A stretch of 64,000 bases of DNA from NCBI GenBank assembly GCA_963796275.1, contig CAWCKY010000006.1:96001-160000 (forward strand), read 5' to 3'. Both the position numbers and the translations under genes were made by a program. The notes under the pieces are model-generated. The model ran no database searches. It saw only the letters and a list, made by a program, of their open reading frames with translations, and had not been told where the DNA came from. This DNA is from an uncultured Acidobacteriota bacterium. GTDB taxonomy: Bacteria; Acidobacteriota; Blastocatellia; RBC074. Positions 10,871-22,383 of the stretch are shown here, one piece after another. Position 1 is the first letter of the stretch, and every line of letters starts with the position of its first letter.

Positions 10871-10947
10871 AGTTTTCAGTTTTAGTTTTCAGTAAGAAGA
10901 AAATTTCACTGAAATTCGAAAACTAAAAACTAAAAACTGAAAACTGA
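10871..10947. repeat. Heptamer-repeat hairpin, (AGTTTTC)n ... (GAAAACT)n
   Basis: Period-7 left arm and a reverse-complementary right arm, between the glgP stop and the tal RBS. Confidence 0.85.
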
Positions 10948-10965
10948 TTTTCTGGAGATACCGAA

Positions 10966-12060
10966 ATGAAAGCGACCACATTACTTCATAACCTGGGCCA
11001 GAGTATCTGGCTCGACAACATCACGCGTGACATGCTCGACAGCGGCACGCTCAAACGCTACATCGACGAGCTCTCGGTGACGGGGCTCACCTCGAATCCG
11101 ACCATCTTCGAGCAGGCCATCAAGAATAGCACTGCATACGACGCCGACATCCGCGAAAAGTTCAAGGAAGGGAAGACGGCAGAGGAGCTGTTCTTCGAAC
11201 TGGCGCTGCGGGATCTCACTCGGGCGGCTGACCTGTTTCGACCGATCTACGACCAGACGAACGGGGTGAACGGGTGGGTGTCGCTGGAAGTCTCGCCCCT
11301 GCTGGCTTATGACACGGCCCGCACGCTTGCCGCGGCCAAAGATCTGTATAGCAGGGCGGGGCGACCCAACATCTTCATAAAAATTCCCGGCACGAAAGAA
11401 GGGTTGCCTGCCATCGAAGAGGCGATCTTTGCCGGGGTTCCTATTAACGTAACGCTCTTGTTTTCTCGCGAGCACTATCTGGCAGCTGCCGAAGCTTTCC
11501 TGCGCGGCATCGAGCGACGCATCGATGCGGGGCTCAAGCCCAGTGTGGGCTCGGTAGCATCGTTGTTCGTCAGCCGCTGGGATGTCGCCGTCATGGATAA
11601 AGTGCCCGACGCGCTGCGAAATCGACTCGGCATCTCAATCGCCGAGCGTACTTACAAGGCCGCCCGGACTCTGCTCAGTTCGCCCCGCTGGCATCGCGTC
11701 TACAGCTCCGGAGCATGGCCGCAACGCCTCCTATGGGCCAGCACGGGGATCAAGGATCCCCTGGCCTCTAATGTCCTGTACATCAAATCGCTCGCCGCGC
11801 CTTTCACGGTCAACACCATGCCTGAAGGTACCTTGAAAGCGCTGGCTGAGCACACCGAACTGGGCGCGATCATGTCGGCCGACGGGGGCAATTGCGAAGA
11901 GGTGTTATCGGAGTTCGCCAAGGCGGGCATAGACATCGATACGCTGGCTGCCCGGCTTCAGGACGACGGAGCTAAGGCGTTCATCAATTCGTGGAATGGG
12001 TTGATGGAAGTGATCGCCTCAAAGAGCGCTGCCCTCAAGGCCAGCGCTGCAGACAAGTAA
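10966..12060 (+). CDS. tal: Transaldolase
   Basis: Motifs GQSIWLDNITR, GLTSNPTIF, VSLEVSP, IKIPGTKEG, NVTLLFS and RLLWAST. Confidence 0.95.
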   Translation: MKATTLLHNLGQSIWLDNITRDMLDSGTLKRYIDELSVTGLTSNPTIFEQAIKNSTAYDADIREKFKEGKTAEELFFELALRDLTRAADLFRPIYDQTNGVNGWVSLEVSPLLAYDTARTLAAAKDLYSRAGRPNIFIKIPGTKEGLPAIEEAIFAGVPINVTLLFSREHYLAAAEAFLRGIERRIDAGLKPSVGSVASLFVSRWDVAVMDKVPDALRNRLGISIAERTYKAARTLLSSPRWHRVYSSGAWPQRLLWASTGIKDPLASNVLYIKSLAAPFTVNTMPEGTLKALAEHTELGAIMSADGGNCEEVLSEFAKAGIDIDTLAARLQDDGAKAFINSWNGLMEVIASKSAALKASAADK

Positions 12061-12104
12061 CTCTAGTACGGCGGAGGTTTGTAGATTGCTAGATGTTGGA
12101 GACC

Positions 12105-12273
12105 AGATGCTACAGCAAAAAAGAAAAACATTAACATTTTTCATTTGTAATTTTAGATTTTTGATTTGTCATTTAAAAAGGATCGGATCGAAAGAGTTTT
12201 CTTCAATGACAAATCAAAAATCTAAAATTACAAATGAAAAATGTTAATGTTTTTCTTTTTTGCTGTAGCATCT
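12105..12273. repeat. Perfect 69-bp inverted repeat with a 31-nt loop; the arms contain TTTGTCA-like heptamers
   Basis: 12105-12173 is the exact reverse complement of 12205-12273. It is flanked by TAGATGC/GCATCTA-like heptamers. Confidence 0.95.
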
Positions 12274-12387
12274 AGCATCCATATATATGTCAATGTTCCC
12301 GCCTCGGATCTCGGGGTGGATTCGGGCGGCGTTTCGGACTGGCGCGTCGATGCGCTCCGTGCGCTCGCCGGCATCAAAGGAGGATTT

Positions 12388-14814
12388 ATGATTCCGAGTA
12401 GGTCTGTAACCAGCGACCTGAGCAGTTATGGGGTCGCCCGGTCCACGATTCAAGCCGCACCTTTAAAAGCGGAAGAACTGCGCAAGACACATGCGTTTTG
12501 GAGGGCGTGCAATTATCTGGCCCTGGGGATGATTTATCTGCAAGACAATCCGCTACTTCGCGAGCCGCTGAAGCCGGAGCATATCAAAAACCGCATGCTC
12601 GGGCACTGGGGCGCCAGCCCGGCCCTCTCGTTCATCTACACACATTTGAACCGAGTCATCAAGAATTACGACCTCGATATGATCTTCATGGCGGGTCCCG
12701 GTCACGGCGCTCCCGGAGTGCTTGGCCCGGTTTACCTGGAGGGCTCTTATTCGGAGATCTATCCCGACAAGAGTCAGGATGAGGAAGGGTTGGGGCGTTT
12801 TTTCAAACAGTTCTCCTTCCCTGGCGGCATCGGCAGTCATTGCACGCCCGAGACGCCGGGATCGATTCATGAGGGAGGCGAACTGGGTTATGTCTTGTCA
12901 CACGCTTGTGGCGCTGCTTTCGACAACCCGGAGCTGATCGTCGCCGCCGTGGTTGGTGACGGTGAAGCGGAGACCGGACCGCTGGCGACTTCCTGGCACA
13001 TCAATAAATTTCTCAACCCAATTCGGGATGGAGCCGTGCTTCCGATCCTCAATCTCAACGGCTACAAGATCAACAATCCGACCTTGCTGGCACGCATCAG
13101 TCACGAGGAGTTGGAAAACCTGTTCAAAGGCTACGGCTATACGCCATTTTTTGTGGAAGGATCGGATGTCGAATCGATGCATCAGGCTCTGGCGGCGACC
13201 TTGGATCACTGCATTAAGAATATTCGGGCTATGCAGACCGATGCACGGAGCAGTGGGACGGCGATACGGCCACGATGGCCGATGATTGTGTTGCGGGCGC
13301 CGAAAGGTTGGACCGCGCCATCGGAGGTCGATGGACACAAGCTCGAAGGGTTATGGAGGTCGCACCAGGTGCCATTGGCGGGGGTTAAGAAGAATCCCGC
13401 TCATCTGAAAATGCTCGAGGAGTGGATGCGCAGCTACAAACCAGAGGAACTGTTCGACTCAAACGGCAGGCTGGTCTCAGAACTGAGCGAGTTGACCCCT
13501 CTGGGTTTGCGCCGTATGGGCGCCAACCCTCATGCCAATGGCGGACTGCTGAAGAAGGCTCTCCGGCTGCCCGATTTTCGGAAGTACGGGATCAAGTTCG
13601 AGAAGCCGGGTCAGATCGAAGCCGAGAACACGCCGCCATTGGGTAACTTCCTGCGCGATGTGATGAAGTTGAATATGGATAGCTTCCGAATTTTTGGGCC
13701 AGATGAAAATACGTCCAACAAGCTCGCCGCGGTCTACGAAGCGAGCAAGAAGTTCTGGATCGCCGAGTCTTTTCCGGAAGACAAGGATGGCGGGGAGCTC
13801 TCGGTCGACGGGCGGGTGATTGAGATGCTCAGCGAGCACACGGTTGAAGGGATGTTGGAGGGTTACGTGCTCACGGGGCGGCACGGTTTCTTCTCTACTT
13901 ATGAGGCGTTCGCCCACGTCATCGACTCGATGTTCAACCAGCACGCTAAGTGGCTGTCGATCTGCAATGACCTCACGTGGCGGCGGCCGATCGCGTCGCT
14001 CAACCTGCTGATCACGTCTACCGTCTGGCGGCAGGATCACAATGGCTTTACGCACCAGGATCCCGGCTTCATCGATGTGGTCGTTAATAAGCGGGCGGAA
14101 GTGACCCGCATCTATATGCCGCCGGATGTCAACAGCCTCTTATCCGTGGCCAACCATTGCCTGCGGAGCGAGAACTACGTCAACGTGATCGTGTGCGATA
14201 AGCAACTCCACTTACAGTACCTGGACATGGAGTCAGCCATAACGCATTGCACGAAGGGGATCAGCATCTGGGGCCAGGCGAGCAATGATCAGGGACAAGA
14301 ACCCGATGTGGTCATGGCATGCGCGGGGGATATCCCAACCCAGGAGGCCTTGGCTGCGACAGCCATGCTGCGGGAGGAATTTCCCGATCTGAAGATTCGC
14401 TTCATCAATGTCGTTGATCTGTTCAAGATGCAATCGGACCGCGAGCACCCGCACGGTTTGAGCGATCGCGACTTCGACGGGTTGTTTACGGTTGATAAAC
14501 CGATCATCTTCAATTTCCACGGCTATCCGTGGCTGATTCACAGGCTGGCCTACAGCCGGAGAAACCACAAAAACCTGCACGTGCGCGGTTACAAGGAACG
14601 GGGGAACATCAATACCCCGATGGAACTAGCAATCGAGAATGAGATAGACCGCTTCACTCTGGCGAACGATGTGATAGACCGGGTACCGAAGCTCCAGGCG
14701 ACCGGTTCCCACGCCAAGGAGAGGTTCAGGAATATGCAGATTGCCTGTCGCCAATATGCGCACGAGCATGGAATCGACAAACCGGAGGTAGTTGAGTGGC
14801 GGTGGCCGCTCTGA
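12388..14814 (+). CDS. xfp: Phosphoketolase (XFP family)
   Basis: Motifs [32 protein letters not shown] and [15 protein letters not shown]. The AAAGGAGG RBS precedes ATG 12388. Confidence 0.96.
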   Translation: MIPSRSVTSDLSSYGVARSTIQAAPLKAEELRKTHAFWRACNYLALGMIYLQDNPLLREPLKPEHIKNRMLGHWGASPALSFIYTHLNRVIKNYDLDMIFMAGPGHGAPGVLGPVYLEGSYSEIYPDKSQDEEGLGRFFKQFSFPGGIGSHCTPETPGSIHEGGELGYVLSHACGAAFDNPELIVAAVVGDGEAETGPLATSWHINKFLNPIRDGAVLPILNLNGYKINNPTLLARISHEELENLFKGYGYTPFFVEGSDVESMHQALAATLDHCIKNIRAMQTDARSSGTAIRPRWPMIVLRAPKGWTAPSEVDGHKLEGLWRSHQVPLAGVKKNPAHLKMLEEWMRSYKPEELFDSNGRLVSELSELTPLGLRRMGANPHANGGLLKKALRLPDFRKYGIKFEKPGQIEAENTPPLGNFLRDVMKLNMDSFRIFGPDENTSNKLAAVYEASKKFWIAESFPEDKDGGELSVDGRVIEMLSEHTVEGMLEGYVLTGRHGFFSTYEAFAHVIDSMFNQHAKWLSICNDLTWRRPIASLNLLITSTVWRQDHNGFTHQDPGFIDVVVNKRAEVTRIYMPPDVNSLLSVANHCLRSENYVNVIVCDKQLHLQYLDMESAITHCTKGISIWGQASNDQGQEPDVVMACAGDIPTQEALAATAMLREEFPDLKIRFINVVDLFKMQSDREHPHGLSDRDFDGLFTVDKPIIFNFHGYPWLIHRLAYSRRNHKNLHVRGYKERGNINTPMELAIENEIDRFTLANDVIDRVPKLQATGSHAKERFRNMQIACRQYAHEHGIDKPEVVEWRWPL

Positions 14815-14895
14815 CAGTTTTCAGTTTTCAGTTTTTTGGTTTCGGTTATCAGTTCTCGGTGAAGAGCGAACTGAAAACTGAAAACTGAAAACTGA
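14815..14895. repeat. Heptamer-repeat hairpin, (CAGTTTT)n ... (AAAACTG)n
   Basis: Begins at the xfp stop and ends just before the gap RBS. Confidence 0.9.
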
Positions 14896-14915
14896 TTCCC
14901 AGAGGAGATGACGAT

Positions 14916-15926
14916 ATGCCAATTCGAATTGGTATCAACGGTTTTGGGCGGATTGGCCGCCAGGTTTACAAAGCGATCCGCGAACACTACGACGAGGAGA
15001 TCGATGTCGTCGCCATTAATGATATCGGCCGAATCAAGATCATGACGCACCTGCTGAAATACGACACCAACTACGGTCGGTTTCCCGGGGAAGTCGAGGT
15101 GCGCGAAGACGGCTTCGTGGCTGACGGAGACGAGGTCAAGGTCTTTGCCGAAAGGGATCCCGCGCGCCTGCCGTGGGGCAAACTGGGCGTTGACATTGTC
15201 GTCGAATCCACCGGCCTGTTCCGGCAGCGAGACAAGGCAAAGCTCCACCTCGATGCCGGAGCCAAAAAAGTGATCATCACTGCGCCGGCCAAGGGGGAAG
15301 ATTTGACCATAGTCCTCGGTGTCAACGAGAAGATGTATGATCCGGCCCGGCATCACATTATCTCGAACGCTTCCTGCACCACCAATGGGCTGGCTCCAGT
15401 GGCCAAGGCGCTCTTCGACAAGTTCGGTATTGAGAAAGGCATTCTAACGACCGTCCATTCCTATACCAACTCGCAGAAGTTGTTGGATCTCGAAGCCGAG
15501 GACCCGCGCGATGCACGTGCCGCGGCGATGAACATCGTGCCGTCCGAAACCGGCGCGGCAAAGGCCGTCGGGCTGGTGATTCCAGAACTGAAAGGGAAGT
15601 TTACCGGCATGGCGTTCCGGGTGCCTACACCCACCGTCTCAGTCATCGACTTTACTGCCGTACTATCCCGTCGTGCAACGGTCGAGGAGATCAACGCGGT
15701 TATGAAGGAATACGCCGAAGGGCCAATGAAAGGCATTCTGGCTTACTCCGAAGAGCCTCTGGTCTCGAGTGACCTCAAAGGCGATGTGCATTCATCGATT
15801 TTCAGTGCACTCGATACGCTGGTTATCGGCGACGACCTGGCGAAGGTCGTGGCGTGGTATGACAACGAGTGGGGATATTCGATGCGCGTCGCGGACCTGG
15901 TTCAATATTTGGCGGTGAAGAAGTAG
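14916..15926 (+). CDS. gap: Type I glyceraldehyde-3-phosphate dehydrogenase
   Basis: Motifs [26 protein letters not shown] and WYDNEWGY. Confidence 0.97.
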   Translation: MPIRIGINGFGRIGRQVYKAIREHYDEEIDVVAINDIGRIKIMTHLLKYDTNYGRFPGEVEVREDGFVADGDEVKVFAERDPARLPWGKLGVDIVVESTGLFRQRDKAKLHLDAGAKKVIITAPAKGEDLTIVLGVNEKMYDPARHHIISNASCTTNGLAPVAKALFDKFGIEKGILTTVHSYTNSQKLLDLEAEDPRDARAAAMNIVPSETGAAKAVGLVIPELKGKFTGMAFRVPTPTVSVIDFTAVLSRRATVEEINAVMKEYAEGPMKGILAYSEEPLVSSDLKGDVHSSIFSALDTLVIGDDLAKVVAWYDNEWGYSMRVADLVQYLAVKK

Positions 15927-16175
15927 TAAGTAGCGGAGACTGAGGAGGTACCACCGACTCGGGTCGTACGGCGCTGGCGCTGAGCAATCGGAGACCCACC
16001 GCAACAATTCTAGAGCTGGACTTTGGCATCGACTGGTCCAGGGCGCACTCGCTCGCCCTCTCTGGCCAGCATTTGTGGTTGCGCGGACAGGTCGACGGTC
16101 ATCCAGACGCCGGGCGGTTCTGGTGGGCGAGGTAATCAGAATACAGGCTGAGCCGACCACTGAAAGGAAGGCGTG

Positions 16176-17120
16176 ATGAAAGTTGGAATTGTAGGCAGCG
16201 GATTCGTCGGCGCAACAGCCGGGTATGCGCTCGTGATGCAGGGCGTGGGGCGTGAGATCGTCTTCGTGGACAAAAACGAAGCCCGCGCCGAAGCGGAGGC
16301 GGACGACATTCGCCACGCCGTGCCATTCGCGCACCCTCTTGAGATCAAGGCGGGCGGTTATGAGGTACTGGACGATTGTCGGGTGGTACTGCTCTGCGCG
16401 GGCGTCGGGCAGAAGCCCGGAGAGTCTCGCCTGGAGCTTCTCCAACGCAACGCGCGAATCTTCCATGAGGTGGTACCGGCAGTGCTTACGAACGCACCTG
16501 ACGCCGTGCTCGTCGTCGCCACCAATCCCGTTGATCTGATGACCCACCTGGCCGCGCGCTACGCCGCCGATTGTGGTGTACCCGCCGGGCGCGTCTTCGG
16601 CTCGGGTACGACTCTTGATACGGCCCGTTTCCGGAGCCTTCTCGGAAGTCACTGCGGCATCGATTCACAACACATTCACGCGCATGTGATCGGCGAGCAC
16701 GGCGATTCGGAGGTGCTCACGTGGTCGCTCGCGACTGTGGCCGGCATGCCACTGGAAACTTTCGTCAGGCTTCGCGCGATCGACCTCTCCGAACCTGTGC
16801 GGCAGGAGATCGACCGCCAGGTGCGCTGTGCAGCCTACACGATCATCTCTGGTAAAGGAGCCACATATTACGGAGTAGGCAGTGCGCTGGCTCGCATCGT
16901 GAAGGTGATCCTTTACGACCAGCGCGCCGTTATGACGGTGTGCTTGCCCACCCTCGAGGTTGCGGGTGTTCCCGACGTCACCCTCTCCCTGCCTAGGCTT
17001 GTGGGCGGGTCAGGTGTGCTTGAGACGTTCCCCCTGCCTCTCAGCGAACAGGAGAACGATCAATTGGGTAAAAGCGCGCGGGTTATCAGACAGGCCCTTG
17101 ATGAACTGGAAGTCCGCTGA
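16176..17120 (+). CDS. ldh: L-lactate dehydrogenase
   Basis: Motifs [41 protein letters not shown] and KGATYYG. Confidence 0.93.
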   Translation: MKVGIVGSGFVGATAGYALVMQGVGREIVFVDKNEARAEAEADDIRHAVPFAHPLEIKAGGYEVLDDCRVVLLCAGVGQKPGESRLELLQRNARIFHEVVPAVLTNAPDAVLVVATNPVDLMTHLAARYAADCGVPAGRVFGSGTTLDTARFRSLLGSHCGIDSQHIHAHVIGEHGDSEVLTWSLATVAGMPLETFVRLRAIDLSEPVRQEIDRQVRCAAYTIISGKGATYYGVGSALARIVKVILYDQRAVMTVCLPTLEVAGVPDVTLSLPRLVGGSGVLETFPLPLSEQENDQLGKSARVIRQALDELEVR

Positions 17121-17129
17121 CGGGAAGAA

Positions 17130-17180
17130 CAGTTTTCAGTTTTCAGTTTTCAGTTGTTGGAAATAGTCAAACTGAAAACT
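17130..17180. repeat. Heptamer-repeat hairpin, (CAGTTTT)n ... AAACTGAAAACT
   Basis: Follows the ldh stop. Confidence 0.85.
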
Positions 17181-17224
17181 TTTTCCGAGGAATCGTTAAT
17201 GTCGTGAGCGACGCCCTGAAACAA

Positions 17225-17550
17225 TAGTTTTCAGTTGGTGGAGAATCTAAAACTAAAAACTAAAAGTGACTGTTCAGCCTCTTCGCCGCGTTAGCGGCGA
17301 TTGATTGTAGCCGTGGGTTTTAACCCACGGAAGGCTTGAAGGATATTCCCGCGTCGCGTTAGCGACGCCTGAATTCAACCGTCGCTGACGCGACGTGAAA
17401 AAATCTTACCGCCACCGTGGGTTAAAACCCACGGCTACAATCATCCGCCGCTAACGCGGCGAAGCGGATGAGCAGTTAATTTCAGATTTTAGTTTTTAGC
17501 TGACCTGTCTTTGATCAGCAACTAAAAACTGAAAACTGAAAACTGAAAAC
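17225..17550. repeat. Composite REP/MITE-like palindromic element (17269-17477) flanked by heptamer hairpins
   Basis: GTAGCCGTGGGTTTTAACCCACGG ... CCGTGGGTTAAAACCCACGGCTAC, with nested CGCCGCGTTAGCGGCG and CGTCGCGTTAGCGACG stems and ends ACTGTTCAG ... TGAGCAGT. Confidence 0.85.
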
Positions 17551-18300
17551 CATTTACCGAGGAGGTGAGTATGGCTACAACTGATTCCGCCACGCAAAGA
17601 AGGATGAACATTGATCAGTTAGCGATTAACACGATCCGTACCCTTTCGATAGATGGGTGCAGGAGGCTAACTCCGGTCATCCAGGCACGCCCATGGCATT
17701 GGCGCCGGTTGCTTATTGTCTGTGGCAGCGTTTCCTGCGGTTCGACCCCGAACACCCGATCTGGCCGAATCGCGACCGCTTCGTGTTGTCGGTGGGGCAT
17801 GCCTCGATGCTGCTGTACTCATTGCTGCACCTGACTGGAGACGTGAAAAAATCTTACCGCCACCGTGGGTTAAAACCTGGTTAAAACCCACGGCTACAAT
17901 CAATCGCCGCTAACGCGGCGAAGAGGCTGAGGAGTTAATTTCAGTTTTTAGTTTTTAGCTGACCTGTCTTTGATCAGCAACTAAAAACTGAAAACTGAAA
18001 ACTGAAAACCATTTACCGAGGAGGCGAGTATGGCTACAACTGATTCCGCCACGCAAAGAAGGATGAACATTGATCAGTTAGCGATTAACACGATCCGTAC
18101 CCTTTCGATAGATGGGGTGCAGGAGGCTAACTCCGGTCATCCAGGCACGCCCATGGCATTGGCGCCGGTTGCGTATTGTCTGTGGCAGCGTTTCCTGCGG
18201 TTCGACCCCGAACACCCGATCTGGCCGAATCGCGACCGCTTCGTGTTGTCGGTGGGGCATGCCTCGATGCTGCTGTACTCATTGCTGCACCTGACTGGAG
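17392..18300 (+). repeat. Tandem duplication (17392-17840 and 17840-18300) of the REP right half, heptamer hairpin, RBS and tkt 5' end
   Basis: Near-identical copies differing by a few substitutions, an 11-bp micro-duplication and a 1-nt indel. Confidence 0.95.
17571..17840 (+). pseudogene. tkt: Truncated, frameshifted duplicate of the first ~90 codons of tkt
   Basis: Matches 18030-18300 except GATGGGTGC versus GATGGGGTGC and one substitution; ends at LLHLTG. Confidence 0.9.
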
Positions 18301-20111
18301 TGAAGGCGGTTAATCCCAAGTATGAAGTGCTGGGCGAGCTCTCCGTGCCGCTCGACGAATTGAAACGCTTCCGGCAACTCGGCAGCAAATGTCCCGGTCA
18401 TCCTGAGTATCGGTGGACGTCCGGCATTGAAACGACCACCGGCCCGCTGGGACAGGGTGTGGCGACAAGCGTGGGCATGTCGATCGCGTGCCGGTGGGCG
18501 GCCAGCCACTTCAATCGTCCAGGCTTTGAGTTATTCAATTTCGACGTCTATTCCCTGTGCGGGGATGGGTGCTTGATGGAGGGTATCACGGGTGAGGCGG
18601 CGTCGTTGGCGGGCCATCTCAGGCTCTCGAATTTGTGTTGGATATACGACAACAACAGGATCACCATCGAAGGCAATACTGCGCTGGCATTTAGTGAAGA
18701 CGTCGCCACGCGCTTCCTCGGCTACGGTTGGAACGTTGTGCGCGTGGGTGACGCCAACGACCTGGACATGCTTGAGCGCGCGTTCAACACCTTCAAGAAC
18801 ACGAACGACCGGCCCACGCTGATCATCGTGGACAGCCACATCGCGTATGGCTCTCCCACCAAACAGGACACCAGTGCGGCCCACGGCGAGCCCCTGGGCG
18901 AGGAGGAAATCAAGGCGACCAAACGGAACTATGGCTGGCCCGAAGACGCCAAGTTCCTCATACCGGATGGCGTGCGCGAACATTTTCGCGCTGGTATCGG
19001 TCAGCGCGGAGGGAAGTTGCGCGATGAGTGGAACGAGTTGTTTCAGAAATACCAGCTCGAATACCCAGAGCTTGCCGAGCAGGGCTACCAAATGTTGCGG
19101 CGCGAGTTGCCCGCAGGATGGGATCGCGACCTGCCCACGTTCTCCACTGGCGGTAAAGGCATGGCGACGCGCGAAGCCTCCGGACAAGTGCTCAACGCGC
19201 TCGCGCGCAACATTCCATGGATTCTGGGCGGATCTGCCGACCTTGCCCCTTCGTGCAAGACGCGGTTGACATTTGAGGACGCCGGCGATTTGAGCGCGGA
19301 AAACCCCGCCGGTCGCAACCTCCACTTTGGGATCCGCGAACACGCGATGGCCGCGATCATCAACGGGTTATCGCTGTCGAAACTCCGTCCATTCGGTTCA
19401 GGGTTTCTGATCTTCAGCGATTATGCCCGGCCGGCGATACGCTTGAGCGCCCTGATGGAAATCCCAGTCATCCACATCTTCACGCACGATTCGATCGGCG
19501 TCGGCGAAGACGGGCCCACGCATCAACCTATCGAACAACTGGCCTCGCTCCGCGCCATCCCGGGGTTGATTACTCTCCGGCCCGGAGACGCGAACGAAGT
19601 TGTTGAGGCTTACCGCTTCATAATGCAGCTACGTCATGAGCCGGTCGCGTTGATCCTGTCCCGGCAGGCTCTGCCGATCCTGGACCGCAGCAGGTACGGG
19701 CCAGCATCAGGGTTGGCGCGTGGAGCATATGTATTGGCAGAAGCACCCGGCGGCGAACCCGAAGTGATCCTCATCGCGTCGGGCAGCGAAGTCGGCCTCG
19801 CCGTGCTGGCCTATGAGAAGCTGCTCGCCGATGCCATCCGTGCGCGCGTGGTTTCAATGCCGTCCTGGGAAATTTTCGACCACCAGACCGAAGAGTACCG
19901 CGACAGCGTGCTGCCTCCGGGTGTGAAAGCGCGGCTCGCTGTAGAGCAGGCCTCGACTTTGGGATGGGAGCGTTACGTAGGCTCGTCAGGTCGCATCATT
20001 GGGATGAAAACATTCGGAGCCTCGGCCCCGCTCAAAGAACTTCAAAGGAAGTTCGGCTTCGAGCCTGACTATGTGGCTGCGGCCGCGAAAGAACTGCTCG
20101 GCAGAGCATAG
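18030..20111 (+). CDS. tkt: Transketolase
   Basis: Motifs [40 protein letters not shown] and FGASAP. Confidence 0.97.
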   Translation: MATTDSATQRRMNIDQLAINTIRTLSIDGVQEANSGHPGTPMALAPVAYCLWQRFLRFDPEHPIWPNRDRFVLSVGHASMLLYSLLHLTGVKAVNPKYEVLGELSVPLDELKRFRQLGSKCPGHPEYRWTSGIETTTGPLGQGVATSVGMSIACRWAASHFNRPGFELFNFDVYSLCGDGCLMEGITGEAASLAGHLRLSNLCWIYDNNRITIEGNTALAFSEDVATRFLGYGWNVVRVGDANDLDMLERAFNTFKNTNDRPTLIIVDSHIAYGSPTKQDTSAAHGEPLGEEEIKATKRNYGWPEDAKFLIPDGVREHFRAGIGQRGGKLRDEWNELFQKYQLEYPELAEQGYQMLRRELPAGWDRDLPTFSTGGKGMATREASGQVLNALARNIPWILGGSADLAPSCKTRLTFEDAGDLSAENPAGRNLHFGIREHAMAAIINGLSLSKLRPFGSGFLIFSDYARPAIRLSALMEIPVIHIFTHDSIGVGEDGPTHQPIEQLASLRAIPGLITLRPGDANEVVEAYRFIMQLRHEPVALILSRQALPILDRSRYGPASGLARGAYVLAEAPGGEPEVILIASGSEVGLAVLAYEKLLADAIRARVVSMPSWEIFDHQTEEYRDSVLPPGVKARLAVEQASTLGWERYVGSSGRIIGMKTFGASAPLKELQRKFGFEPDYVAAAAKELLGRA

Positions 20112-20215
20112 CTGTTTTAACCGACCATATCCGGCTTTGAAAGCTTGTTATTACCCAAACTATTTTCGGTTTTGCACCGGAGCAGCAGCGGAATGTTGCC
20201 GGTGGTGAAGCGTAG

Positions 20216-20249
20216 CGTAACAAGTAGAATCTCGTAACAAGTAGAATCT
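20216..20249. repeat. 17-bp perfect tandem duplication, CGTAACAAGTAGAATCT x2
   Basis: Read directly from the sequence. Confidence 0.9.
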
Positions 20250-20307
20250 CCACTTTGTTCCCGACCTGGAGTTGGAGTGATCCATGCGCCAACTCGAGTT
20301 TCTCTAT

Positions 20308-20388
20308 TCGCAGACTCAGGATTTCACCTCTTCTCATTCCGGTGTTGAGAGCTGGAATGACAATCGGCGCAAATGCGCCTTCCTGCCT
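20308..20388 (-). pseudogene. Tyrosine recombinase/integrase fragment
   Basis: The minus strand reads (KAHL)/PIVIPALNTGMRRGEILSLR, the box I motif of phage-type integrases. The flanks are not recognisable. Confidence 0.65.
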
Positions 20389-20577
20389 AATCGCATATTC
20401 ATTAGTCGTCTACCGATAGATAGCGCTCTCGGCGATTATTGAGGCGAAGCTTGCGAGTCCTCAATGCTGCATAGGCCGGACGAGCCGCGTTATCTGCGAG
20501 ACTCAAAATAAGGTGTCCATTCGTCAACAAGCATAGGTATTAAACGTCAGCAAATTTTGAACAGAATCGTGAGATGC

Positions 20578-20631
20578 GCATAATGAAAATAATGGTGCAT
20601 TATGAAAATAACGTGTGCATTCGAGAAAAAA
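20578..20631 (+). promoter_or_regulatory. Three direct repeats of a GCATWATGAAAATAA-like motif; possible regulator operator
   Basis: Units at 20578, 20597 and 20617 (19-20 bp spacing), upstream of a metal-transporter-like gene. Confidence 0.35.
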
Positions 20632-20714
20632 GCGTGAATGAGCTGATGAACCTCCCGATCAATCGCGAGTTGTGGTAATGGTTAGTCGCAGTATTTGTCA
20701 TCCCAGATGAAGAG

Positions 20715-22037
<1,323 letters not shown>

Positions 22038-22383
22038 GGGTGAGCCTTCGGTGAGCAGTTTTGGTGATGGCACCTTCCTGTGGGTCAGGGCTGGCCCATT
22101 TCGATCACCTCATTCGGCCCACCCCGTAGTTAATGTTTATCCCTGGAAGCTTCTGCTCCATGATTGTGCACTAAATGCTGACATAGAATATCTGCTCCCT
22201 TTTTACGATGGCCATTTCTCAAAAGTTACGCCCAAATCTTGGAGTTTGCCAGCAGTATCTCAAGAGTGAAGACTGCGACATCCTGAGATGGGCGAGGTTT
22301 CAGCGGCTTACGCGCGAAGTATTACACACGATATTTGATCATGGGGTTGCCCCCTCTTTGCAAAAACGACGATATCTAAATCT

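Noticed and set aside
12241-12387. N-terminal extension of xfp in the ORF track
   Set aside because: It starts inside the inverted-repeat arm; the strong RBS lies before ATG 12388.
14815-14895. Rho-independent terminator call for the heptamer hairpins
   Set aside because: AT-rich stems with no downstream U-tract, located between apparently co-transcribed genes.
10871-18010. Possible CRISPR array suggested by recurrent repeats
   Set aside because: The repeats are 7-bp units or palindromes without unique 30-40 bp spacers, and there are no cas genes.
22040-22380. Possible gene remnant after the Nramp-like gene
   Set aside because: No recognisable motif in any frame.
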